A stretch of 64,000 bases of DNA. Origin: Tubiluchus corallicola. Taxonomy: Eukaryota; Animalia; Priapulida. Each line of letters begins with the position of its first letter. The first letter of the stretch is position 1. Below the pieces are notes generated by a model. The model had not been told where the DNA came from. It worked only from the letters and a program-made list of their open reading frames with translations, and did no database searches. The stretch spans positions 1 through 64,000 of the forward strand of contig JAQGDQ010000759.1 in assembly GCA_030141605.1 (NCBI GenBank), written 5' to 3'. Of the stretch, positions 25,101 through 35,314 are shown in pieces. The translations under genes were made by a program, and so were the position numbers.

Positions 25101-28100
25101 CTAACTATGAATTACGAGTGAAAGCGTTTAGTCTAAACGGTGAAAGTGAAATGAGTTCTGAACGTCTAGGACGGACAGAAGGTAAACAAGTCTGCAGTTT
25201 TTTGAAAATTTGCTTGTTTTTTTTATATTTTTGTGTTTGTGATTTGTGTGCTTGCATAGCAAAATCATCCGTAAGTCGGCAATTGAGTTTTTCACACATC
25301 ATGAATCTCCATTGATCATTTGATACTAAGCTCATCGCTCTATGTTATTTCTAAGCTCAGGTAATCCATGTTGAAGTTGAGGTGCACGCTGAGAAGCATA
25401 ACCATGAGAAAATCGCTGTTAAAGTCAGCCATTGTTTTTGTCGTATTTTTACGAATACTTAGCAACCGCACAAATTTTGGTTGCTATGAACTTTGCAAGA
25501 GCAAATTGAAGTTGTTTAAATCCACTAGATGGCTCTTCCTGATACAGATTGGGACTTGGCAATAGAAAAAACCCAAAGCAAAATGATTGCTTCCATGAGC
25601 CAATCGGAGTTTGAAAATACAAGTTTTTTACAATTGCAGTACTAGTTTCTAGGCAGAAAAATGGGCACAGGGCTATAAAATCAGATTTTTAGTATTTTTT
25701 AACCTTTTCTGGATAATTTAATACTATAAGTAGAATATATTCAGCATTTGTTTTTATAAAACAAAAAATTAACAATTGACCCAATTTTGGGTGCATTCTA
25801 CTTTGAAGCATCGTAACTGTGACGGGAATACAAAAAATTTTCTTCAGAGCATATGGTGTTCTCAGAAATCTTTATCTCTGTGTATAAAAAAGTGAAAATA
25901 ATAAATTTGACTGCTTTCACTGCTTACAAATGTATAATGATCTAATTATTATAATTTAAGACAATAAAAGTAAATATTACTCACATCGTGCGGCTATAAC
26001 AACTTAAGGCATCCTTGGAACGTCATACTGGTTTACAGCAAATCAGGTAGAGACGCTACAAATAATTACTTGAAAATTTATCTAAACATTTTTTAGCGTT
26101 TACTGACGCTTCTGTAAGCGTGTTTAGTGAGGCTCAACCTAATTTACAACTTCACAGGTAAAATTACAGGTAAGTTCACATGGGTGCTGCTGCCACCTAC
26201 ATGTTAAGGCCAGAAACTGACCTTAACAATAACGTAATTTTAACTATGCCGATTTATGAACAGTTTTGGTTAGCAAGCACACATTCATGAACCACAAAAC
26301 TGTTGAAGTTATTTTATAAAAATTTACTTGGTATTTTGACTTATTAAGACTAAACCTCAAACAAAGAAATGTCGGTAATTTAATGCATCATTGCATAAAA
26401 TTGTTTGTTACTTTTTGGCTGCCCTACCCGGCCATTTTCAGCAAGAATAGTTCAACTATTTATTATACAGAGTTCACTGTATTTTTGAAGAATTTTTTGG
26501 AACAACGTGAACGTGTGCGTATAAATGTGTGATTTTTTTTGTAAATTGTTATTGTGTTTGCTTTGCTGTTTTGTTCAAAAGTAAAAAATGATTTTAGCAG
26601 CAATAAATGTTTTAACTATTGCTTGCGTTCTCCTAATCTACAGCCAATGTGTCGCAATTATATTTTAATTGCAAAGTTTTTTAATTACCATGTTTGAGAG
26701 TTTTGCTTGTGGGCCAAATCGTGCGAGATTTGGCCCACAAGCTTTGCATAAGCCTATCTTTTGTGTGCTTTGTATGTTAACCATCAGTGACCATGCAAAC
26801 TGCTAAATCACCATTTTTTGGGAAACAGCCACTCGAGCCTACATACATCTTGCACTAAGATTTTACTAGTGTATAAACTATGCCAGCTGCATCACTGTGT
26901 TATAGTTTAACACTAGCAGTAATCTTCATTAAGCAATAGGCCCAATTAGAAATTAAGAGATAATTGACTGTACTACAGTGGTGTTGTAATGGCTGTATAT
27001 TAAAAGCCAGATGCAAGTACTTGTTTAAAAGATTTAGGTGCATCCATTGCCTCCACGGAACGCTCAACTGCTTTTTCTGTGTTTTGCTGTTTCTTGCTTT
27101 TTTATAAGTTAACTTGTATAATAGTATAGGCTTTTTGGCACATTTTGTAGAGGCTATTATAGGTTCATAAGCTGCTTAACCTTTTTTTATACAGCTTGTA
27201 AAATATATTGTCATATCAGTCCTAATACCCTCATACTAAATTATGTTGTTGTTATATGTCCTGTATTTAGTGTAAAAGGTGATAAATAAATGACTTACTT
27301 ACTTATAACGTCTTTCGTGTTGACCTGCATTAGATCTTATCTAGTGTGAAAATATTTTAATGAAATTTCATAAGATTATTAAAAAAATATCATTTTTTTC
27401 TCTTTATTTTTCTTTCATATTTTATAATTTTCGAGCATTATGAATTCCATCTTTTTTCTTACGTTTTATAAATTTCCTTAGCGATCTTTCACTGTTCTCA
27501 TCAAGCTTAGATTTTGCTGTTCATTCAAACAGAGGTGTCAATTTTACTGCTTTGAAAATATACTGTTTAAAATTTCATTATAAAAAGATGTAAATTGAAT
27601 TACAATTTTGCTTGTGTGAGTTTTGAATTCACACTTTTGTTAAAACATTATTGGTTTAATATCAGACTTGGTCTTATAATGTAATTTAATGATTTTATAT
27701 TAAGAATAGTGTTCTCTCAAACTACAGAAGTTACAGCTTGCATGAACTATCTTTTCATGTTTGCTACTTTTGCATATTTTACAGTAGTTCCTCCATTGTA
27801 TACGGATGAAGATACAGCACCTCAGAACACAACCCGTGAAAGCACACAGCTGCTTATAATTGTTCTTGGAGCCGTACTGGGCAGTCTAATTATACTGCTC
27901 ATTATATTTATTATTCTGTGTGCTTGGAAACAGCGCCAGCAACGGCAAATCATAATCGGTGAGTGTTTAACCCCTTATAGGGTCACCGGGGGGGTAGAAA
28001 ATTACCCCCGAGCGGTTTTTTTGTATTTTACCCTTTTACCATACGCAGCCCAGTAAACCTTTTCTATGACTTTTTCTAAATATGTTTTGTCCACAAAATA

Positions 28101-31100
28101 CTTTCAGTTATTTATTTTAGGCGCATTGTCTCACCACGAAATAAAACTGAAAATGCAATATGTCGATTTTTTAAAATTGTCGAAACTTCACTTCGCTTGT
28201 CTGTACATTATACGGGCGATGTATCTGATAAAACAAAATGTCAGACGTCTGTATGCTGACGTAGAACTAGTCTACCCACAATTACAACGACAATCAGATC
28301 ATAAACTCAGTCACTCAACATCTTCACACGCGCTAGCAATGTCGGTTGTCTACAGCTATTCCAGCATAGATAAGGGAACGTAACTAAGTGAATTTAAATT
28401 TCGTATTATTAGTAAGTCACATGTCTTTAAGCAGAGGTATAATGTATCCTATGGTGGTCAGCATAACCACAAATTATGCTGTTGCTGTTTACTAATGAAA
28501 CACGGTGGTTTATCAAAAGTAATTTATCCATTATGGTGGGGTAATGTCTTACCACCCGATTACCAAAATCGTGACCCTATAAGGGTTAAAAATTATTATA
28601 ATTATCATTTGCATGAAAGTTATCATCTATATTCATTCTCCTCAGTAGAACCAATCAAATTTAATGGAAATTCTGATGATTGTTTGATTTTTTGCAAAAC
28701 TGCCTCTGCTGATTTGAAACTGAATATTACCATATGTGTTGCTTGCAAACCAAAACCGTCCACAAGTCGACATAATTAAAACTCTGCTTCAAAGTATAAT
28801 GTACCAAAAAATTTGGTTAAATGTCAATTTTTTGCTTTTTATAAAAACAAATGCTAAATATATTGGACTTTTGTATTCCAGCACCAAATTATCAAGAAAA
28901 TGTTTAAAAAATACTAAAAATTTAATTTTTTAACCCCCTACCACTTTTCTGGTTAGAAACTAGTGCTGCAATTGTAAAAAAATTTGTATTTTCAATCTTC
29001 GATTGTAGCTCGCGGAAGCGGTCATTTTGCTTCGGGCTTTTTCTGTTGCCAAGACCAGAGCTTTCTTTAGGAAGAGCCATCTACTGGATTTAAACATAAC
29101 TTCAATGTGTTCTTGCAAAGTTCATACCAACCAAAATTTGTGCGGTTGCTAAGTTATTTGTAGAAATGCGACAAAAAACAATGGCTGACTTTAACAGTGA
29201 TTTTCTCAAAGTTATGTTTTTCAAAGCACAGCGTGCACCGCAACTTCAATGTGGATTACCTCAGCTTAGAAATAACATAGAGCGATGAACTTGGTATCAA
29301 AATGATCCGCATGAAATGGAGATTCAGGATGTGTGAATAACTAGAAAAGCTTAATTGCCGACTTATGGATGATTTTGCTATGCAAGCACACATTTTAGAA
29401 GTATTCTTGCCTACTGCAGTAAAGTACAACAGTACTCACAATAATGTAGCAGTAGCCAGTAACTAAACATGTAAATTTTGACTGATGTATTTATTAATAC
29501 ATTGATGAGCGAGTGAGTGACTAAAAGAATTCATATGGTATCTACATGTTACAAGGCACAACTGATACAGTATCATCATCATCATTCATCTCATCGTCAT
29601 GTCAGTATCATCATCGCCATTGTTATCATCATTGTCGTTCTCTTCATCATCATCATCATCATCATCGTTGTCGTCATCATCATCATCATATCAGTGGCAA
29701 ACTCAGCAGCAGCATCATCGTCTTCATCATCATCATATCAGTGGCAAGCTCAGCAGCAGCAGCAGCATCATCATCATCATCATCATTCGTCTCATCGTCA
29801 TGTCAGTACCATCGTCACGATCATCATCGTCATTGTCGTCGTCATCATCATCATCATATCAGTGGCAAGTGCAGCAGCAGCAACATCATCATAATCATTA
29901 TCATCATCATCATCATCTTCTTCATCATTAGCAGTTATTTTTTATAAGTAATTCTTTTCTTTATAATATCTACATGAATATTTCCTCCTGAATGGAATTC
30001 AATTGCTGCTGTTTTGGATCTGTTTACTTTTTATAAACAATTTTTCAAAATGTGCCAAAATAATTGTTATCTGTTTTCCTGACTATAAGTCTCCCTTTTC
30101 CTCCTAGCTATGGATGAAAAAATTCGCAACAAATACCAGGATGCCTCCCAGCGAATGTATTTTGAAACCTCGATGTCTAGGAAATTTAATGATCCCAATA
30201 TGCAGGTAATTTTTCAAACAGAAAATATAATTACAATTCGATATAAAAATATGGAAACTGGAGATTTGATGCCATAATTGGCAAATATGCGTTTGTTCAT
30301 TAGAAGTCTTCAACCTCTAGGGTAGGTGCTATTTTTTTATGATCTCTGAAGCAGGACATCAGATGTACGGTGGAACTGAGACATTAATAGAGGCACGGAT
30401 GAGAATTTTCCGCGGATACGCGGAATTCCGAGTTTTTGGAAGGCCAGTAGTGCCATTTTTGTAAATCACGTAAATTCGTTGAGAAAATTTTTACGGACCC
30501 AGTACATTATTTCGCAAACTTACCGCTAGTTGGCAGGCCGTCACTTTGTTTACATCACGTACATCAGTGTAACCACGTGTATATCTCTATGTAGAAAAAT
30601 ATAGAATCAATTGTGCGGAGTTGAGTCAATTGCAGACAGTTTTTATATACTTTTGTATAGGAGCAGCCAGTACTTAGACGTTTTTGAGACAATTAGGTAT
30701 CATGTATCCTTGATAGTTGGATATTTTAAATTATACATGAAACAAGGTAACTGATATTTTAAGTCCACTTAGAGGCTCTCTATGGTCACAAAACTGAAAT
30801 TTGTTGCTGGCTCCCGTTGAACCCCATTGTGGGTCTACGCGGCCCCCAACCCTCCGGCCTGTTTCAGAGTTTTTTGCAATTTGTCATTCTCATCCCTGGT
30901 ACTTCTTGTTTTCCAAGAACTCGCACCAAAACCGAAATGCAGAAAACTGATACATGATTTAAAACTGATTTTAGAATCACTGACAGCCCGTAGTTGAATT
31001 AGTGGGGGTGCTAGTTCAGAAAATTTTTAGCCATTATTTGAATACTGCGTAAAAAACGAAACGGACATGTAATTTTAATGTTGTAATGCAATTGTATTTT

Positions 31101-34100
31101 TTAACAAACAAACATACGGAAATTTATACATAAACTTGATAAAATCCTAACCCAAAAAATTTTTGTTTACAAGTAACCTAAAAGTTGTCACAGTTCAAGA
31201 ATGTGCCCGTACACGGTTTTGAAGCACGTGACAGCTGACAACAAACTGTGTGAGCGACAGTACTTTCTCTACCTAGCAGCAGACACTGTCTCAGATGTGC
31301 GAATGCCCGAATGTGCTGGGCTGTGAAGCATACAGTTCTCATGTGTCTGCTTCAGCACAAGTATAAAAAAGAAAATGACTTATTACACTTTGAATAAAAT
31401 CGATCATATTGAGTGAAAATAGGGGGTGCTGCAGTTCCACATTACCTGTACACGAGCTGCTGCTGTTTTGAATATTTTTGCACAAATTTTATAGCCAATT
31501 TCTTCCTGCACTATATGGTAAATTATATGAATAAATAGCAAAAAGCAGTCAGTCAGTCAGTCAGTCAACAATTTTGACATCGATGCTGTAAACAATAATC
31601 TTGAAGCTCTAATGTTTCGGTTTATGCTATTCAAAAAATGTAGATAATAATAAAATAAAACAGAGTAAAATAAAAGTTTTAATAGGGTATCAATATATAA
31701 AGGAAAAGTTTTTTTAAAATCTTTGAAAATAATAACAGCAAAACTAGCAAGGATGATACGTCGTGCTAATTTCTACAGTAGTCGTAGTTTTGCTGTTATT
31801 GTCTCTTCTAAGTCTATTGTGAAGCATTGAGGATAGCAAACTTTCAACAGCATTAAGCTACTGATGCTGTTGTGTGAAATTAAAATTTCAATCTATTTTC
31901 TGTATCTATTAGTATGTCGGCTGAATGACTGTATTAATTTGTAGTACGTTTGCTGCAGAAAATAAGTGTCACAGTCAAGATTTTCAACTTTGTTTTTGCA
32001 AAGATTAATGGTTGGTTTAGTTTCGCAAAAATTCTAAGCTTTACAATAGGATGGAAAGGTTTACAAGTAGGTTGTATGGGTGAGTGGTCACGACGTGTGC
32101 TTCGCGTCGAATGTCTTGTGACTTCCCGAATTTTATACTCGCTCTGGGCTCCGGATTTTGTTCCGCAAAATGATTGTGATGTTTGCCTCGTAAAGGCAGG
32201 AGGTCGTACAACCAAATGTGGCTAAGACACCCTCTGTCAGTTGAGTTCATCATCTTATAGGGCAGGGGTGTGCAAATTATCTGACTAGCCGGGCCACATT
32301 AAACTTTCCCACAATTCCTGCGGGCCACAGGCAGTCTGATCAAGAAGCCAAGTACAGAAAGGTCTAATAACAATTTTTTTGCATCCAACCTGCGTACATC
32401 ATTACTACTACATTCAAGAAACTATTTTAGAAGTTACTAAAATTTATATTACAAACCATATATTTATACTTTCAGGACAGATAGTGGTAATTTCATTACA
32501 ATGCATATTAGTAATGTGTATCACACAGTCTGTGTAGTACAGTGACATTAAGCTACAACCGTCTTGTAAGGGTTAATGGCATCCGATCTAGTAGAAAAAA
32601 CTACCCGCACTATCTTTGGGATCGTGGCACGGACTTCACCTGGATACACTCAATTAATTGCCCGTGCTGCACTTTCATTAGGTTGACAAATCTCTTCGCG
32701 GGGGGCCGCACAAATTCTGTCGGCGGGCCGCAATTTGCCCACCCCTGTTATAGGGCTTCCATAATAATGGACAAGTTCTGTTTCATCATGACATGGTGAC
32801 ATCAGAACTTTTTGTTGTTCCATATTCTGTTGATTTTATTGAGCGTCTTTTCTCCAGCACGATGCCATGGTGAGACCAAATCCCATGTTTCAACTGTCCA
32901 GTTACCTACATCAGATGCGATACGAGAATGAACCTCATGAACGCAGCGAGGCTGAAAAGCTGAACAATCTTCCTCTAGAAAACGGACGGGTGATGATGTC
33001 AGATGGTATGGTGGACGAAAGACCTCCCACTCCTCCGGTATGAACCATTCACTTTGTTCAACATAATGTGCATACTGTTCAATGTTCAATGTACTAATTA
33101 TGATGTGGGCTTGAAAAGCACTTGATATTTTTATACTTCTACTGCCACAAAGTATTTTTGTAAATATTTTTGATGTTTGTTATGTATTTTTACACGATAT
33201 TCTTCACTGAAGAATTGTCTTTCTGTGCTCTGCATTTTTCTTCATACTGTAAAGTGTTTGCACTTGTTGCAGCCTCCAATGGACACCGATGTGTGGCAGC
33301 AGTCGCACCACAAGTCACCGTTCGGTAGATACGGTACCCCCGTGAATGTGCCTTCCGCCCCACAACCAGTCGAATCGCAGGACGAAAGCGCCGTGGAGGA
33401 TGAGGGCATTGGCACGACGCCAGAAGTTTCCACGTACCGGCATCCGTTTTCGTATCAGCCGGAATCGACACCGCTGAAGATGTCCACTTTCGGGGGTGGA
33501 GATGACGATGATGATGATGAGGGTGATGAGAACGAAATGAGTGATAATAGAATTGATCACTTTGTGCCTAAATCTGCCGAATCTGATAGTGAACAAGGTC
33601 GGACTCACTTTGAGCCGTTTGAACCCCAAGGTTGTGATATACACTTTCCTCCACCCCCACCTACGCACAACGAGTCTGAGATGGCTTTCAGGGTAAAGGT
33701 GCCAACCCTCCAAGCATCGTCGGATTCCGCTGATGGCAGGCAGCTTGATTCGCTTGATAAGCCACACGACTCGACCAACGACAAGCAGCCTGATTGGTTG
33801 GAAAAATCACGTGACTCCACTAATACCAAGCAGCCTGATTGGCTGCTAGATAAATCACATGACTTGTCACATGACAGCGTGCCAGGTGTGATGCCACGAG
33901 ATGGAAAGCTTAACAAAAGGGCAACGAATTCGCCAGTGGTGCATGGAAGTCCATATAATAGTCCACGTGCTGGCAGTCCATACGGAAGTCCTTACTCCAG
34001 TAGTAGGTGTGGTAGTAAAGAGAAACACAAAAAGAGGAGAAAGAGGGCAAAGAATAAGGGTGACGCCTCTTCACAGCGTGGAAATCAAACAGGTAAGAAG

Positions 34101-35151
34101 TAAGGTTGATCTAACCTTAAAATTATGCAATATAATTCCGTTTATGGTAATTAAAAAGCATGGAAGATCGCCGATATGCCCTATTTGTCGTGTGTATACA
34201 TAAACTATCATCTTTTTACTTTGTTAAAAGCCAACTGTATGTTCTTCTGATGTTTTTGCAACTGATCATATTGAAACCACTGGTGAAAAGTGTTGTGTTT
34301 TGTTTCTCTCGAAAGGCTCGTAGAGAAAACCCGAAAATACTTCGTCAAATTAAACTAGTTTATTAAGCGAGAATTCTACAACACAAAAGTATGATGGAAT
34401 GCGAAATGTTTACACTAAACGTGAAAATCTAAAAGTGAATCTGAAAATATAAGTATACAAGAGAATGTGTAAGTGGCATCCGCGTGTATCTGCGTGTCCC
34501 CTGCTTTGCCTTATATAGGGTGCCAGGGAACATTCTAGACGTTTCTTTCTAGAACATTCTACAAGGTAAGACGATTATTCTAACGGAACATTCTACAATG
34601 TTCTATTTAATTCTAATAGATGCCAGCGATCTCCACAACAAAAAGGCAGCTTTATTCTTAAATGCATAACTATCAGTGCATTTGTGTTGCTAAATAGTGA
34701 AGTAAATCACTCCTTTACGTAAGATTCTGAACTACGCAATTTCCTAAGTTCTTGTCTTTAAGACTGCAAACTAAATGTGGCGCTTCTGCCATGGGATTTG
34801 AGCTTCATTTTAGTACTAATACAAATGTGGTTACCGATCACATCATGTTCTAATATCCGTTTTTACCTGAGTCAAATGGTACATACTGTATGCTTATCGT
34901 CTGCCATTATATCAATAATTTTGATCAGTTTGGAAGTCAAACTCTCAGTTTATAAAAACACTAGATGAGTGAACAGTGGTACAGCGTGAGCAGGGAACCA
35001 GTGTGTATTTCTCTTCAGAACATTGATTGAATATTTGAGAGTTATAGTTATCCCTTTTGCAGACCAAGAAACCGTAGTCAGTGTACATTCATCGAGTCAA
35101 CGTCCTAGAGAAAGTCGACCATCAGAGGGTGATTGTTCATCAGAAGCATGA
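11121..35151 (+). CDS. ihog: Ihog/CDON/BOC-like Hedgehog co-receptor; 10 coding exons: 11121-11205, 15862-15985, 17569-17852, 19719-19882, 24968-25181, 27785-27958, 30108-30205, 32858-33037, 33273-34092, 35063-35151 (~743 aa)
   Basis: All introns are GT-AG with consistent phases (1,2,1,0,1,1,0,0,1); joined length is 2232 nt. FN3-2 (KWSY..FILYYRP..VVNG..LSPMTNYELRVKAF..GESEMS) and the TM (LLIIVLGAVLGSLIILLIIFIILCAWKQRQQ) resemble CDON/BOC. The FN3-1 end (YKFKVFAKYENNEMVKS) resembles Drosophila Ihog FN1. Confidence 0.85.
12930..13180 (-). mobile_element. Truncated copy of the TAGGGGTGAGC hAT MITE at 53716-54060
   Basis: Co-linear with the reverse complement of that element (ttcgaattcgattcgaa motifs). 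Confidence 0.7.
14683..15021 (+). mobile_element. hAT MITE (CAGGGC TIR)
   Basis: CAGGGCATATTTC...GAAATAGGCCCTG with a perfect 8-bp TSD ATTGTGGA. Confidence 0.85.
15239..15731. mobile_element. hAT MITE (TAGTGATGGGCGATT TIR)
   Basis: 15-bp TIR; degenerate TSD aactagaa/gagtagaa. Confidence 0.7.
15862..15985 (+). CDS. ihog: Ihog-like exon 2: start of FN3-1 (VVCQYDVDHVPRVSETDVRCVTVTWNK...VVFFR)
   Basis: Acceptor tttcttgcag, donor AG|gtatg; FN3 A/B strands with the conserved W. Confidence 0.8.
16087..16411. mobile_element. Palindromic MITE with TA TSD (Tc1/mariner-type)
   Basis: ~130-bp inverted arms GAGGATCTC...GAGATCCTC flanked by TA. Confidence 0.8.
17569..17852 (+). CDS. ihog: Ihog-like exon 3: FN3-1 middle with RPRR/acidic/polybasic insert
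   Basis: Acceptor ttcattag (phase 2) continues R-VKY; donor G|gttcg is phase 1 but weak. Overlaps ORF 17555..17878. Confidence 0.75.
18060..18330 (-). mobile_element. LINE (CR1/L2-like) 3'-end fragment
   Basis: Minus-strand AATAAA followed by an (ATTG)n tail; homologous to 1508-1720. Confidence 0.55.
18745..18890. mobile_element. Small hairpin MITE (~45-bp arms)
   Basis: taacaccattagctg...cagctaatggtgtta inverted repeat. Confidence 0.6.
18935..19152 (+). mobile_element. (ATG)n-tailed retroposon copy with a 12-bp TSD
   Basis: TSD tacagtaagaaa at 18923-18934 and 19153-19164. Confidence 0.8.
19245..19470 (+). mobile_element. (ATG)n-tailed retroposon, diverged copy
   Basis: Homologous to 18936-19152. 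Confidence 0.7.
19719..19882 (+). CDS. ihog: Ihog-like exon 4: end of FN3-1 and start of FN3-2
   Basis: Acceptor ctctttag, donor GAG|gtacac; encodes GHKYKFKVFAKYENN...PPDQPWISEV...IKWSYE. Confidence 0.85.
20082..20578 (+). mobile_element. 5S rRNA-derived SINE (SINE3-type): 5S-like head 20082-20201, body, (AAC)n tail
   Basis: The 120-nt head matches animal 5S rRNA with substitutions, has no T-run terminator and continues into a body shared with 59092-59478. Possible TSD aacctagtctg/aatctaatctg. Confidence 0.85.
21263..24974 (+). repeat. 58-bp tandem array, 64 units, spanning the intron 4/exon 5 boundary of the Ihog-like gene
   Basis: Unit aaataaatcctttacacttgcagtgaaatgaaaaatgttcgcttgtttcagaacggtc; 3712/58 = 64, last unit starts at 24917. 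Confidence 0.97.
24968..25181 (+). CDS. ihog: Ihog-like exon 5: FN3-2
   Basis: Acceptor ttgtttcag lies in the last unit of the 58-bp array; donor G|gtaaac. Contains the FN3 Tyr-corner LSPMTNYELRVKAF. Confidence 0.9.
25246..25810 (-). mobile_element. Truncated Sola-like MITE, inverted relative to 28736-29391
   Basis: ~570 bp of reverse-complement homology; terminus GTGTGCTTGC preceded by ATTT. Confidence 0.75.
27785..27958 (+). CDS. ihog: Ihog-like exon 6: juxtamembrane and transmembrane helix
   Basis: Acceptor ttttacag, donor G|gtgagt; ~25-aa hydrophobic helix followed by WKQRQQR; 174 nt, phase 1-1. Confidence 0.9.
27971..28585. mobile_element. piggyBac-like MITE
   Basis: TIR CCCTTATAGGGTCAC, TTAA on both sides. 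Confidence 0.85.
28736..29391 (+). mobile_element. MITE with ~40-bp imperfect TIRs and 4-bp flanks atat/attt (Sola1-like)
   Basis: gtgttgcttgcaaaccaaaaccgtcc... and ...ggatgattttgctatgcaagcacac; superfamily inferred only from the 4-bp flanks, of which only attt fits Sola1 AWWT exactly. Confidence 0.65.
29570..29930 (+). repeat. Degenerate (CAT)n/(CAG)n low-complexity tract
   Basis: Directly visible; intronic. Confidence 0.9.
30108..30205 (+). CDS. ihog: Ihog-like exon 7: cytoplasmic (AMDEKIRNKYQDASQRMYFETSMSRKFNDPNMQ)
   Basis: Strong pyrimidine tract ctcccttttcctcctag, donor CAG|gtaatt, open in the required phase. Confidence 0.75.
30394..30898 (+). mobile_element. CAGGGATGAGAA-TIR MITE, copy 1 (hAT-like)
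   Basis: Same family as 35315-35763, 42286-42746 and 46796-47347. Confidence 0.8.
30978..31465 (-). mobile_element. hAT MITE (CAGYGGCGGCTC family), diverged
   Basis: Ends homologous to 41906-42243; TSD tttagaat/ttttgaat. Confidence 0.65.
32263..32747 (+). mobile_element. hAT MITE (CAGGGGTG TIR)
   Basis: Perfect 8-bp TSD TTATAGGG; copies at 42961-43352 and 63427-63916. Confidence 0.9.
32858..33037 (+). CDS. ihog: Ihog-like exon 8: cytoplasmic (HDAMVRPNPMF...ERPPTPP)
   Basis: Acceptor cttttctccag, donor CCG|gtatga, 180 nt open frame, phase 0-0. Confidence 0.7.
33273..34092 (+). CDS. ihog: Ihog-like exon 9: long disordered cytoplasmic region
   Basis: Acceptor ttgttgcag, donor G|gtaaga; lies within ORF 33177..34103; GC-richer, coding-like composition. 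Confidence 0.8.
34291..34640 (-). mobile_element. Solo LTR (350 bp)
   Basis: TGTTGTG...CACAACA termini, 5-bp TSD AAAAG, minus-strand TATATAA and AATAAA. Confidence 0.75.
35063..35151 (+). CDS. ihog: Ihog-like exon 10: terminal (DQETVVSVHSSSQRPRESRPSEGDCSSEA*)
   Basis: Acceptor cccttttgcag, phase 1, ends in TGA at 35149-35151. Confidence 0.65.
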
Positions 35152-35314
35152 CGAGTTCTTGCCTCGGTGTTTAAGATTATAAAGTGTTCATAGATTTTGT
35201 ATTTGCCTAAGATTTCATCAATGTGAACTTCATTATTATTAGAATCAAAGGGTATGAATTATTTTCATAATCGATCACCAGGGTGTGCCTGTGTAAAGAT
35301 TTTCTGTCCTGCTC

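Noticed and set aside
25246-29391. A single 4.1-kb transposon with long TIRs and ATTT TSD that captured the TM exon
   Set aside because: The right arm is itself a complete MITE with its own left TIR at 28736, and the TM exon is family-typical. Two independent inverted insertions are simpler.
29517-29947. His/Ser/Ile-rich ORFs
   Set aside because: Translation of (CAT)n low-complexity intronic DNA.
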